From Lytechinus pictus (Eukaryota), in the NCBI RefSeq assembly GCF_037042905.1, contig NC_087251.1, positions 6,636,001-6,700,000 on the forward strand: a stretch of 64,000 nt of DNA. Direction: 5' to 3'. Numbering within the stretch: position 1 is the stretch's first letter; every line of letters begins with the position of its first letter. Shown here one piece after another: positions 25,801 through 40,800 of the stretch. A model generated the notes under the pieces. It ran no database searches. It was not told where the DNA came from and was given only the letters and a program-made list of their open reading frames with translations. The position numbers were made by a program, and so were the translations under genes.

Positions 25801-28800
25801 AAAGCAATTTGGAAATGTTTATAATGTGGTACCTAACAATTAATCACAAAGATGCAAGGAATCATCTAAATGATATGAAATAAACTTGATTTTACCTAAT
25901 CATACTCATCCACATAGAAATAATTATTTGTGAATATGCACAAATATAAGTCAGAACAGCTCAGATTATTTTTTCTTCATATTTTTAACATAAAGTTATA
26001 TAAGGAGCTTTCCTTGGCAGTAGATCTTCCACTATATTATTAAAGGAATGCAAAATTTGAAAATATTTGTTTTAAACTTGTAGTGCAGTGAAAAGTGTAG
26101 ATTATTTATCTTTTTTACTTAAGTGCATAGTATGTAACTTTTAAATTTCAATATTTACTTTGTAAACCCAAGATACAATGAGTGCATTCCTTGACATTAT
26201 ATCAAATTATCATCTACAAAAATAGTATATCAGTACTGCAATCCACTAATTTGAATTAATTTGTCTAAGCAAAACTAGAAAATATTGAGCTTTTATTAAC
26301 GGTTTGAATTTATACTTTGCATAAAATGTGTTATTTTATTATTTGTTTTTAAACAGAAGACAAAAAGCAAGTAAGAGTACAGGAAGAGGAAGAAGAAGAG
26401 GAATATGAAGAGGAGGGTGAAGAAGAAGATGAGTATGAAGATGAGGAAGAGGAGGAGGAGGAGGAGGAAGAAGAGTAAGTCTCCTTATAAAGTGTTTTTA
26501 CTTAATGAGGATAAGATAATTCAGTCCAATGAATGGAAGTTTGAGACTATAAGTGTATTCTTATCAAAGTTGTGTTTATAAATAAGATTAAAAGTCACAA
26601 GATACGTTTTTGATGTTCGCCTTAGTCAAAAATTGTTATACGTCTTTTTAGTCAAGTTTTTAATAAGTCTTACAGATTTCTGGGGTCCTACGAGATAGAG
26701 GCAAATTTATCTGTACTTTGAAATAAATAGATACACTAAATATTCTATCAGTATCTGACATCGAGCATATGACCTATTAGATTATTGAAGACTCAGTTCA
26801 GAACTCCACTATGATCACAAAATTATTCACGTAATTCCCATTTCATGTACTTTAATTTTGAGGATGTTTAGACAGCTGAACTTGGTAAAATGTGTAAATG
26901 CAATGGAATTTGCACTTTTCTGTACTCCATTAGATACAGCTTTGAATTTATGCAAGCATTTGACCCATTGAGTTTAATAATGAACACCATACCGATTGTA
27001 AAGGAATCTTGGAAAGGAGAAACAGAAACCATCTCTTCTTTGTTTCTCATAAAATTTCTCTCTTGTACTTTGATAATGACTTACCTTTTGAAGTATGTGT
27101 TGACCTTATTAGATGACTATCACAATTGACTAAGTCCTTATCTATGAAGGTGTGTCTATATCATTCAAATATTTCCATAACCAAATATCTATCAACTGGC
27201 TGCAGGAATTAGGGATATTTTTAAGTTAATCAAATGTTATTTTAAGTTGATGCTTTCCCCCTACAGGGAAGAATCAGAAGAGGAAGAAGTGGTGGTGAAG
27301 GGCAAGAAACCTAAAAAAGTTGAAAGTGAAGAGGAAGAAGATAGTGAAGAAGTTGAAGAAGAAGAAGATGAGGAGGAGGAAGAGGAGGAAGAAGAACTAG
27401 ATGATGATGAAGAAGAGGAAGAAGAATTATTTGATGAAGAATCTGAAGAGGAGAGTTTCAAACCTCCTGATGAAGGGGTGAGTCTGATGATAAAAATCCC
27501 ATTCTTTCTTTTTTTAAATTCATTTCTGTATGATAAATTAAGTCAATATTTTGATGCTCAGCTGTACAAATTAAGTGGTGGCAAATCTAGCCTGAGTTAG
27601 ATAGAAGACCATCTTGCAGGCCGTGTTGTTGTGTACTATTCTGGGCCTGTCCAAAATGTTGTGTGTAATCTGGCTGGATCCACCTCTGGAATCAAGTTCG
27701 TCAATACATGTATTCGGATATCCATTTCACTCACGATTACATTTCAAACATGAAATATCATTTATCTACTGTAAATGTGTATCCTATTGAAATAAATGTG
27801 ATAAATCAATCAACCAATTCTAATTCTATAGGTTAATATATTATACTGAGCTTGTAGTGGATGGATCTACATGTAAGTGGTTCAAAGATGTCTTGAGGAT
27901 TGCAGTCACATCTCTGGCAAATATTCTGAAAGATTATTCCCTGAGGTTGAGACAGTAATATAAACAAACACTGATGGTGTAAATGTAATGATCAATATTT
28001 ATGTTGTTTTTTTAATTGCAGATGGATTTATTTGAAGCTGTTTGTGATTTTGATGGTGAAGAGGATGATGATCTTAACTTTAAGAGAGGTGCTATTCTTA
28101 CTATCCTCAATGTTAGGTAAGGAAACTAGAAGTTTGTATTTTATAAAGGATATTTCCATCTAGTATTTTGCCTTGTAGTAATGTCAATCTAGGCACTACT
28201 TGATGAAAGTTGTCTCCATTAAGTTAACAGCACTGATAATATCGGCAATCTGAATCATCGGCAATCGCTTTATTTGTAGATACTGAACTCCATTTAGGGT
28301 AGCCTATGATACAGTCACATATAAGATGAGTAGATGACTATGGGGGGATTTATCCAAGAAAAAAAATAATAAGTTCGAAAATTCCAGAAATTTAAAGTCA
28401 GTGAGGTAACAGGGAAAAATACAGACTGTGTCTAATTATTTTGCAATGCACGCTGGATGAATAAACCGTGTGAACAATATAGGAGTCCTGGCTTTCAGTT
28501 CAAGCGCTAATCCTGCTTAAAAATAAATAGAGAGCTGCGACAAAAGGTTGGAAGTCTCTATTGTTGTTTGCTTCATCAGCGAAAGGTCGAGCTTTCCCTC
28601 TTCATTGAGACATGCATCAGTAGTTGAGCTGTCAATAAAAGGATTACGTCTTGACAGGGAGTGGCTCCAATATTCATTGGCGTACTTCGGGCCAATTGAA
28701 ATGCTTTCCTCGAACACAAGAGGAGGGGCATGATTCCATAATAGAGCAGTTCTGTACGGCTCAGCTTAGGGTTAATACACAAAACTTGGTCTTTCTTATG

Positions 28801-31800
28801 AGATTAATTGAGAATAAGGAATTCAATGGACAAGATTGGGTCTTTCTTATAAGAAACATCAAATCAATGGTGAAGAATTCAAGGTTTTCTCAATTTCTGC
28901 AAGTCGCTTTCCTTTGTAATGGTGACTCGCTTTTTCGTGTGCTTGGATATGGCAAGTATGCGGCCATCTTGGGTCCATATCGCCTCCGTACAGTCCTTGT
29001 AATGGGTTTTCACCTTCCAGAACAGATCAGTTCGTTTCCTTGTGAGACTGTCATGAATATAGATTGCCTCATCCTGTAGATTACGCAATTTTCTCAAATT
29101 TTTGTAGATTTTGTCTCGTACATGATAGTTTGTGAACTTCACAATTATTCCCCTCTCTGTTTTCTTTACTCTGACCCAATCTATGGCTTCTATCTATTTC
29201 ACTTGATTCTAGCACAACATTAAGCTTATCTGCACAGAGTTTGACGATGGTTTCATCAGTGTTTTCGTTCTCTTTCTCCTTTAATCCGTTGAAAATCAGA
29301 CAATTTCTGCGCGAGTACTGTTCAGACTCATCATGTTGGTCTAACAACGATTGTATCTTTGATTCCAAGGCAATGATGCGAGTGTCTCTTGCCTCCGTTT
29401 CAAATTCAATGTACTCACATAGACTATCTGTAACTTTCTCAGTGATCAAGGGTGTAATCTCATTAATCAAAGTTGTTTTAAGTTCACTCACCAATTTTCT
29501 CATGAAAGTATCACTCCCCAGGGCTTTGTTCAGTTCCTCTTTGATACTATTCGAGAGTTCTTCGGCTTGTAGCTTCGAACTACGAGTCGTCATCGCGGGG
29601 TAGTGGTATTATATCCAATATAGTAACTCATATAAATAATTAACAAAAAAAGCAAGTCGACGAGCAACAGATTGGTCGATTGGTGGTGATAGTTCAAATA
29701 GGCAAAGGCATGGATTTGAAACAGTTTATACACCAAACATGCACGGTATTTCGAACAAAATTCACGATCTTGTCGGCCGTTAAGAGCTCCTCAGTGAACA
29801 CGTCCGCTCATGACGAAATCGTCGCTTGTTTGAATTTTGTGAAACATCAGCTCTATGTTTTATGTTTAGCTGTCACTCTGAATGTTTGCTTTGTTTGTTT
29901 ATGATCAGAGAGGATGGTTGGTGGATGGCTGAAGATGAAGAGGGTAATAAAGGTCTGGTACCAAGTACATACCTCAAGGTAAGATGGCAATGTCAAATAG
30001 ACATCTCTCTTAGATTTGTTCTCACTGTTGTAATCTCTGTAAACTGCAACTCCTTCTTCCATCCTTCTAACTATTTTGTAAAACTGAAAATGGTTTTATT
30101 GATCTGCCTAAACATTAAAAAAAAGTTTTCCCTTTGAATTGTGATTGATTCTTATTCAGTGGGGTTTTATTCAAATCATAATGTTTTTAGTCAGAAGCAT
30201 GAGTTCTTTTGTGAATTGCTCCAATTATATGAATACAATACATCCAATGAATGCCTTGAGATTACGTTCATTTGTGTACTGTGTAATCTCTTCTTCATAA
30301 GACCAATGCTCCCTATTTGTTTTATATGATTTGTTTTTAGCTGAAGAAAGAGCACAATGACTACAGAGACGTGCAATCACCTGAGGTTGATGGTATGTTA
30401 TTCATTTCCCTATCCCAGTGCTATTTGATTTTTATACTATGACCATGTTATCTTCCAACCCTCATTCAGGGATGAACAATTGAACATTTCACAATCCTTG
30501 TGCATGTGTGCCCTTATTGTGAGATTCTATTTCCTATGTTTTAAACATCCAAGTTCACCCTGTAGGTTGATATAATTACAGTGCACTTGCTAAAGCTTTG
30601 CTTTCAAATTTGTCACCTCCATTGTATTATATCATTTATAAATGTCTTAATGTTGATAATGCTTAGCCTTCGGAGAGAAATGTTATTTTTGAATATTAAG
30701 TTGAATATGAATTGATTAGGATACAAATTGTATATGGTTGTATTAAGATGTGAATGAAACAACATTATAAGAAGTATGATAGATGTTTAATGGTTGTAGA
30801 TTTTGATGAGAGGCAACATATATTTTGGTGTGTGTTTAATTAGTATTTCTTGCAAATGATTTTAATTGTACCATTAATAGTATCAGGAATATTTTCATTA
30901 TATTTGTTATTTTATAACTTTGTACAATTTTTGGTTTTACAGAACCATCAGAGACTGTCTCACCAAGGAGGTATATGATAGATTTCAATCATGAAATACA
31001 TAATGTTACAGTATTTCACTGATTGATTTTGATAAAAGACACATTACACTTGTTATACACAACTCTCATTATGCCAGAGCCCATTTGATCCACCCATTAT
31101 TTTTCAACCGTTTATTCCCAAGGAATTTGTATATGTGTGGATTACATTTGCAATACACATTGATATTAATGTTTACTGATTCTTTTTGTCTAAAGACAAA
31201 AAAAAATGAATAAATAAAGATGCATTTTCTTAGAGCAAATTATTGCTAGAAATGAGCACACCATTGTGTAGATTTTATTGAGGAAATTAAAAGAATAATG
31301 GGTAAATGATATTCGAAAGTAGTCTTTTACCATGCTCATGGTATTGTGAGAGTTGTTAGATAAGAACACCTTGTTTGCATTTAAATGAATAGTGTTCTCA
31401 ATGCTGCGATCATCACAAATTAATAGGAAAAGTATTTTCTACATAAGACCCATTTGCACAAAAGGATGCATTTGAATGCTACTCCAAAATCAAAGACAAC
31501 TTGATTTTCAACCAATCAGGAGCATGCATTTTGGATCGTCTTTTGTTAATTTGAATCATATTTAAAAGCATCTCCCTTTTCTTGCAAAGTGCCCTTAGTC
31601 ACAGAAATTGGATTTTACAATCCAGTAAACAATAAATTAATTAATACTACTGGTTTGATTCGCAATCATTTATGCCTTAGTTTGTTTTTAAGAGAAACTA
31701 TGATGAACACTGATTCATACAAATGCTATACTAGGTGTAATCTCCTGTTATTATTAACCTTTATTGATATTTTCCCATATTGTTGCATTAATATTTTATA

Positions 31801-34800
31801 AAATATAATTAACATTTTCTTCAGAGAGTGGACAGCAGGATGAATTGAATGAGAGGTATAAAAGTTTGATCTTTCTTGGAATGATGCATCATGTCTGTTG
31901 GGTAGATTACAGCTTTTCATGCTGCTTGTACCCCCATTGCTATCCTGTCATCACTAACACATATTGCTATGTATGGGAATGTGTGTACAACATACACATC
32001 TCAATCCTTTCTCACTCTGTGAAAGATGGATAGAAATTTTTATAATTCTCCTTTATTCTCATAAGATTATACTTTGTGATGCTGCAAAACAACTAATATG
32101 ATGACCAAGGTCTTTTGTAATTATTAATGACATATTCTGTAAATTCTGCTCTCAGTGATAATCTTGGTAACAATTTTCAACAGATATTCAAAATCAAGAT
32201 TTTCATTAAGGTAATGGTATTGATTGTGAGAAATTCTACATGCTTATATGTTTTAAAATATAAGGTTTATCCCCCACACTTGAAAATAAAATTCATGCAT
32301 CAAAGTAAAAATGAAATTTCCCCAAGAAAAATAATTCTTAATTTTAGAAGATCATGCATGCTTTTTTTGTCTACATGCATGAGGCATAGCTCATGTTACC
32401 AAAAAAGCTATTTAACTTTATTATAGCTAGAGGATAGAATTGTGGTAGGTCTAACATAAGGTGGTTGATTGACGTTGGTTTTTGTCTCACCTGCATAGCA
32501 GAGTGAGACTATAGGCGCCGCTTTTCCGACGGCGACGGCGGCGGCGACGGCGGCGGCGGCGTCAACACCAAATCTTAACCTGAGGTTAAGTTTTTGAAAT
32601 GACAGCATAACTTAGAAAGTATATGGACCTAGTTCATGAAACTTGGCCATAAGGTTAATCAAGTATTACTGAACATCCTGCCTGAGTTTCATGTCACATG
32701 ACCAAGGTCAAAGGTCATTTAGGGTCAATGAACTTAGACCATGTTGGGGGAATCAACATCAAAATCTTAACCTAAGGTTAAGTTTTTGAAATGTCATCAT
32801 AACTTAGAAAATATATGGACCTAGTTCATGAAACTTATACATAAGGTTAATCAAGTGTCACTGAACATCCTGCTTTAGTTTCACATCACATGACCAAGGT
32901 CAAAGGTCATTTAGGGTCAATGAACTTTGGCCGAATTGGGGGTATCTGTTGAATTACCATCATAACTTTGAAAGTTTATGGATCTGATTCATGAAACTTG
33001 GACATAATAGTAATCAAGTATTACTGAACATCCTGTGCAAGTTTCAGGTCACATGATCAAGGTCAAAGGTCATTTAGGGTCAATGAACTTTGGCCAAATT
33101 GGGGTATTTGTTGAATTACAGCCATAAATTTGAAAGTGTGTTGGTCTAGTTCATAAAACTTGGACATACTGTAATAGTAATCAAGTATCACTGAACATCC
33201 TGTGCGAGTTTCAGGTCACATGATCAAGGTCAAAGGTCATGTAAGGTCAAAGATCTTTGGCCACGTTGGGGGTATTTGTTGAATTGCCATCATATCTCTA
33301 TAAGTGTATTGGTCTAGTTCATAAAACGTGGAAATAAGAGTAACCAAGTATCACTGAACATCTTGTGCGAGTTATAGTAGTTTTCAAAATCAGCACTGCT
33401 GCTATATTGAATCGCGTGATGCAGGTGAGACGGCCAGAGGCATTCCACTTGTTTATTTAGGAGACGGAGGTCTAATTTTGTTTAGATAACTGGTGCATGT
33501 TTTGGATTAGCTTTGATTAATTTATTTGAAGAAAAAAAATATAATAGGCAAAGGAAGGTGAGAATCAAGTTTGGTCATTTTAAGAATCTACATATCATTC
33601 AGTCCCACCCCCACCTTCCCTCGTTTTTTTTTGTCCTACAAAATTTTTGTGTTTATTTCATACACATTGATTAGAAATACATAGCATGAAAATATACCCA
33701 CACCCACAAGCAAACCCCCCCCCCCAATCCCCCATCCCTTTACCAAAGTCACTTGCTTTGCTATTATTGAAGGTCCACTGCATAAGTATCAATTTTCATT
33801 ATTTGTCAGATCAGGCTACTCATTTGAGATCCTTTTTATATCAAATCATGGAGTATTTATCAGATTCAAGATTTTCAAAAATTTTGTCACCTTTTTCACC
33901 TCCTACTAGTTGGCATGTAAAGGGTATTCAATTTCTCTTATAATGCAATATGTTTTTCATCACAGTGTATGGCACCACTTAAAGTGTGCACTCCGGAGAA
34001 AGGAATGTGATTTTGTCTTTATTTTACCTCTTTATTTGGTTCAAAACGTGCACTTATATTGTGTGGCTTTGCACATGTTGCTTTGCTGCACACCATTCAT
34101 GGAGCTTTTTGCCTTTGTTATATGTAGAATAATTACATGTACTTGTAGATTATGCATTGAGGGTCAAGAGCAAATCAAATCCTCTACCTATTATTGGTAC
34201 TCAGATATTCTGCCTATCCATTGATAGGGGTTTAAAATTTACTCATATGGAGGCTTATTTTCAGATTTAAAAGATATTAACACTGAGTTACTTGTTAAGT
34301 TAATATCTAAAAAAATAAACACCATATCATTTTCATTTTATGTGTTTTTTTCATCATGAAAAGTGGTCTTTTAAGAGAAACTGGAAAAATGATTCAATAT
34401 ATTACGAGATCAGAGCGGTGCAGGAAACCCTGAATGAACATTTAATTCAATATTTAGCATTCTTGCTTCTAATAGTATTGGGTATATTATCATTATTATT
34501 GTGGGTAAATCATAGTATTTGCTTTTTTGTGATACAGTGGTAAAGAGCTATGGAGAGGTCTTAGAAAGTCAGTTACTGAGGTATGTGAACATTTATATAT
34601 TATGTAAACTAAAAAACAGTGAGATAAATCTGTGAATATATGCGATTAGTTTTCAGCCTATAACAAATTTAGAGCTATTCTTTTCTGTAATAGGTGTTGC
34701 AGAATAGCTGGAATGAATTCATAAATAAGATTCAAGGAAATGATTACACTTCTGAAATTTATTCATTTAAATTATTTTGGGGGTTGTTGTTGCTTTCAAT

Positions 34801-37800
34801 CAATTTGATAATGTCAATGATGAATTATGTACTGCAAATGGTTTCTTGTGAAAGTTTGCTGTCTTTAGAGTATCCTATGCATAATTTAGACCAATATGAT
34901 AGTGTATTGAATTTTGTCATTCAACAGACTGGAGTTACTGATGTATTAGCAGCAATGGGTGCTATACCAGCTGGATTCAGACCTTCTACTACTGCTAGAC
35001 ATCTGAAGTCAGGTTTGTTTGTCTTGCATAAAAGGCCCTGGTTTCATCAAACCTATTTTCAATAACAAATACTCAAAATTGATAACAAATTATATTATTT
35101 AGTCCATCTGAGCACTTTAATCCTGTATATGGTTCCCAGAAATAATTGTTATGATGGTAAGTGTAAGGAGGTTGTTTTCTTGAAACTCAGAAAAGAATAA
35201 CAGATGACAGTTTTTTTTTTAATCTTCAGATGTTTTTAAATGGCCATTATGTAATTCCTAAGTTTACTTTTTGGTAACTTCTGTGTAGCTTTGTCAGATG
35301 GCCATTTTTATCCAATGTACAATTTCTGATTTTAGATATGTTCTGTCAGGTTAGCCTTATCTTAGTTTATTAGTTTTGAGTATGACTGATTATTTCACTT
35401 TTTCTTTATTATGATCTGATTGATAAAAATCAATGGTGTGTTAATCTTTATCCTGCAGATGCCTACACTCTGTGCAACTTCCTAAAGCCTCGCTTCACAG
35501 AGTCTTGTCTAGGGTTCCAGGACCTGAACTGGTCTCCCCATGAGAACCAGATACGAGCTAAGACAGTCCGTCTTCAGAAGATCCTGACCATCCTCATGGT
35601 CCGTAATATGCCTGCTTGTGGTGTAGGTCAGTCAGTCATCTTTAATTCTGATATAATCTCATTAAAGGAGAATGAAACCCTTGAAACCAGCTGAATCCAT
35701 ATCAAAGAGAAAAATCAAAGAAACGTATTGTTGAAAGTTTGAGGAAGATTGAATGAATAATAAGAAAGTTATGAGCATTTGAATATTGAGATCACTAATG
35801 CCATGTAGATCCTCCAATTGGCAATGCGACCAAGATCTGTGATGTCACACACGTACAACTCCCTCATTACTTTAGTACTTATTTCACTTATATTCTCACT
35901 TTTATAGATTCTATCACAAGGTGAGGTGTTCTCTTTATGAGAGGACAAGTACAGAGGTTTCACAACATTATATCATTGATGATTCGTTTGTCATATGATT
36001 AGAATGAGCAAAAAGAGATGTTTTGGGGTATATTTTCAGTGTCCAAAAGGGGAGAGTTGTTCATCTGTGACATCATAGATCTTGGTCGCATTGCCAATGG
36101 GAGGATCTCCATAGCATTAGTGATCTCGACATTCAAATGCTCATAACTCTTCTATTGCTAGTCCTATTTTACTCAAACTGTTGTTGATCTTATTCTTTGA
36201 TTTTTCTGCTTTCACAAAAGCTAACTTGCTCCAAGAGTTTCATTCTCCTTTAAGGGATTGATGTGGTGATGTTTTTAGTACGGTAAATTAAATTAGACCA
36301 CACTTTTACAAGTATTTGTTGCCAACCCAGTCATCAGGGACAGATTCTGCAGTGAAGAGTTATCTAAAATAGCCATGAAAATGGGATGAAAAAGAAAATA
36401 ACAAGAATTATTTAAAAAATAATAATACCAAGATGTGATAAGGCAGATGAAAGATAGCATTTCATAGGAGTACCGGTATGGGTTAAAACTTAAAAAAAAA
36501 TTAGTTTGGACTTACCATGTAAGTCATGAGAGTATCACTCATTGTATATTACTTTTCCAGTATATCTCTCTTATAACAGAGACCATGAGTTTGGCTCATA
36601 AAGCATTGCGATGAAGTCAAATCATACTCAAACTGAGATTAATCCAAATTGTGTCGATAATAGATAGGAATTGATTGGCTTATGATCCATGTTGCCATGA
36701 TAACTGTTATTTGGGGATCTTATTGATGATGACATCCTTTTTGAAAAATTCGTTTGAATTCGGGCAAAGTGCTGACCTTTTTTTGTCTGTAGATTAGTGG
36801 TTAAAGTCAGATGAATTTATATTGCTTTCATTTTTTTCATTCTGTAATACTAATTATCATTAAAATTTCATGGTACTGCTTCTCCTAAAAATATGAGATT
36901 CTTGATTGATGTGATAATGTGTCCTGGCATCATTTTTTTTTTCTTATTTCAGGAATTGAAATCCGAAGTCGGCATGTCAGAATCTGTTTCTTTAATGGGG
37001 ACAAGGTAATGTAAATTAAAATATTATTTCTGTTGAGATGAAAAATAAATTGAATACATCAAATACAACACGATTCACTAACAAACTTTTTAAATTAATT
37101 GAGAAATGACATCAACAAAGCCATTAAAATGTATTAGGCTTTGTGCATGCATCATATCATAATATATATGAATCAGTACGCATTTCACTATTGTCACATA
37201 TATTCTTGTTTTGTAATTTGGATATTTAAATTATTATGCATATTTTTTACATTCTGCTCTATATTAGTGTATTATTTGAGATTAAGAAGATTAAATGCAT
37301 CAAGACACTGGCAGTGATTGCTTTAAATTTATATAAGTCTTGTGTTTATTCTGTTCTCGTTCAATGCTTGTATTTCTTTATAGATTCTCAGTAACATCCA
37401 CACCATACAAGCCACATGGAACAAAAATGATCCTAAGACATGGAGGTTCTCACCAAAGGTAATTAATGAAATGAATCATCCTTATATTTGGAGTGGGAAG
37501 ATTATATTTACAGATTTTGTACATGTTCTAATAGTATATTGACTGTATTTTTGTAAGTGTATCATTTGTAGAACTGATTGATTTGAGATTGAATTGGATG
37601 GTTAGTGTCCATATCTTCTACCAAGTTATGTTCAATATTCAGTGGAGTGCAATCATTTTGATTGAATGTATCAAAATGTGTGAAAATCCATTACATTCCC
37701 ATCCATCTTCCATAAATTTAATAAAAAGTTTTAAGTGATCATTGAAGACATCACACATAAGCTACATTTTTTTCGTCAGTCCACTAGTAAAGTTGATCAT

Positions 37801-40800
37801 CTAAGACAGTTTTATCTTAATATTCTTTCTTGTTTTGTTGATACATTAGTTCTATCTTTTTACCATCTTTTCATTACTTAACTGCAGGTTACATCCCTAC
37901 TACCTAGTATATTAGATGGAGATTGTTTCATAAGGTCATCTCATACTGAAGAAAATATAGGTAAATAGAGTGATATTTTCTATTACGCTTAAATGTAAGA
38001 TATTATACACATGTGTGAGTATGATTGAGATACTATCCAGTTCTCTTGAAGAAAAAAAATTAATGAAAGTGAAATATTCAATCATAGCTTGTATAACAAA
38101 TCTTCATTTATATCATTCAACGATATTGTATTCCAATTGTAATAGACGGTGTAGAATCTACAGAGTCTAGTTGTCTGCCATTGTGTACTCTTCTAAAAAT
38201 TTGTAAAACCATTGTTGCTTTACTCTGTAATGTTTAAACCTTATATATATTTTTTTTCTCCATTTTCAATTTGCAGGTCTTCTATTTGAACTGTGTCTTT
38301 CGTATGTCAGACCGGTAAGTCCGTAAAACACAGAGAGCCTTAATACATAATATTTAGATGTGAACTCGGTTCAATGTGTGATGCTTTCTAGAAAATGAAT
38401 TGTGTAATAGTTAAGTTGCAATATAGTTCAGGAACTGTGAGCTATGTTTAATATGGTAGATAACTTAGATACTATGGTCCATATTGTGAAGTCAGGTTTA
38501 ACTTAAACCATGGTCTAAGTCTGGTCTAAAATTATGGGGAGCCAAAAACTAAACAATTCTGCTTATATTGTATATTTCTTATATTTACTATTTTGATTCC
38601 CTTTGCTTTCATAATAAAGAAAATATTTCAGGTATCATTCTAGAAAAGTTGTAAATGATTTTAGTGTCAGAAGAGTTAATAAATTGAAAATAAACTAAGA
38701 GAGATTTGTGCCCTAATTGGATCTCCATAGTTAAACTACAACTTTAATCAGGGTTTAATTTAAACCTGAGTTCAGAATATGGGCCTATATGTGATGATTT
38801 GATATTCATTTTGCATTACATTGTCTCTCAATGTAGAAAACTGGAGAGAAAGGAGAATTGAGCTGTGGATGGGTCAATGTACCACTCTATGATACATCAA
38901 CTGGAGCACCAATAGTTAATAAGTAAGTCAGATTATATCTTATCCTAGAGGTGTTTCATTAAGACTGGAGTGTGGAATGCCACAGTTTAATCATATTATA
39001 TATAGTCTTTTTTTTGGTTTTAATAAAGCTAGACATTTATTTGAATACTTTTTAAATCCAGTCAACCCTGTTCTTGATGTCAAAACCAGATTAAATACTT
39101 TATTATTCATTTTGAGTTAAATCATTCTTATATTTGGCCCTTTCCTTGTCCATATAACACCTTGAAGAAATACTTTGAATAGATATTATCAAGAATATGT
39201 TTTATGTGACTGAGGATTGATGCATGCATATTTTTACAATTTCAGAATGTATGACCTTCAAGTGCAAGGTGGGACACCCTATGAACAGGAAGTAGAAGTT
39301 GACCCCTCCATCAGTAGGAGAAGTAAGTCACTATTCAGTGTCTTTAATTGAAAATACATTAAAATGGGAATAAAGTGTGTAACTTTTTCCTCATTTCTTT
39401 CTAATGATTTTTAAAATAAATTAGAAGGAATTTATCAAAATGTGTTAAGATGAAAATATTAACATCAGCAAGTTATTTCTCATTTGAAATATATTCTTGC
39501 GTCAAAATATGAAATTAGGTTAAAAAAGAAGAATCAGTTTAGATCCTGGGTACTAATCATAACAGAGCAGTAAAACACCCCTACATTCTCTTAATGGAAC
39601 TAAAGATTACCGGTAAGTCAGCAGTTCATGAAAGTCTGAAGCTAAGATTAGATATTTATCAGCAAAGTGTCCAATAAAACTGTGGTATTAATAACTTCTA
39701 TGTTTAATTAAAATACCAGTGCTATGTTACATGAGAGATACAATTAATCTTATGGTAGACATGATTAGGTCTGGCAAATCTCATTGATCAATTACAATTG
39801 ATAATACGATTACTTGTCTCTCTTTGTTACATGACCCAGACTTGTTTCATTGATTTTTAAGGATCATGGTTTGTATTATTTTTACTAGAACCTTACAAGA
39901 TTCACTGTTGATTAATTTGAGATTATACCATTTTAGTTTTTAGTTTAAGATGTGGAAAGCCTGTGAAAAGCAACATGTATATCTATGAACTAATTAGTGC
40001 TTTCCACAAATCAAGTAAATAAAATTATAAAATTTCACAGGTTAATTTTTGCCGGGTTAGTTATGACATTTATTATTTATTTTTTTAATGTGATGACTGA
40101 TCAGTTTTGAAATTTCTATCTACGTTTTTCATTGTTTACATTTGTTTCTGTGAAGAGGCTGAAGGTAAGGATTGTTCAGAGAAAAAAGACAGATCATCCT
40201 TATTTTTTGATTCAATCTAACATTGCTTTCTTTAAAATTATTAATTAAACATATTATCTACATTCCAAACAATTAGAAGATTCAACAAGTTCAACAGGTA
40301 TTTAGAGATTGTTTATCAATGTGATCAAAATACCCTGTGTTGGGCCTTGGTTTCTGATCTTCAATCCTTTTTAATGTTTTGGAATAAACAGGTATCTATT
40401 TGGTTGGTTTTTAATTTTCTGGGTTTGAAATTAAAGAAGAACACATTGTAATTGTTGTTTTGTTTGATGAAATTCAAGTGAGATTGAACAATAGCTTGGG
40501 AGACAAAACTAAAAGTACCTATAGAGAAAGAACGTAAAGTTGGAACATATAAGATTTCTTTTGGAGAAAGATCTTGAGCATTGTTAAATCACAAAGTTAA
40601 TGTTTGAATTGAATCGAGTGAAATCTAAATGTCATGTTTTATGTCAGTTGGTTTTATATTTCATTGATTTTTTCAGGTCCAGTATCTTGCTATTTTCACA
40701 CTTTCAAGTTTAGTTAACACCTGTTTTTGTCTTGCCTGCATAGCAGAGCGAGACTATAGGCGCCGCTTTTCTGATAGCGGCGGTGTCATCAACATTGAAA

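Noticed and set aside
29140..29160. Programmed ribosomal frameshift in ORF1
   Set aside because: A single extra G in a homopolymer explains it; no canonical slippery heptamer; mutation or sequencing error is more likely.
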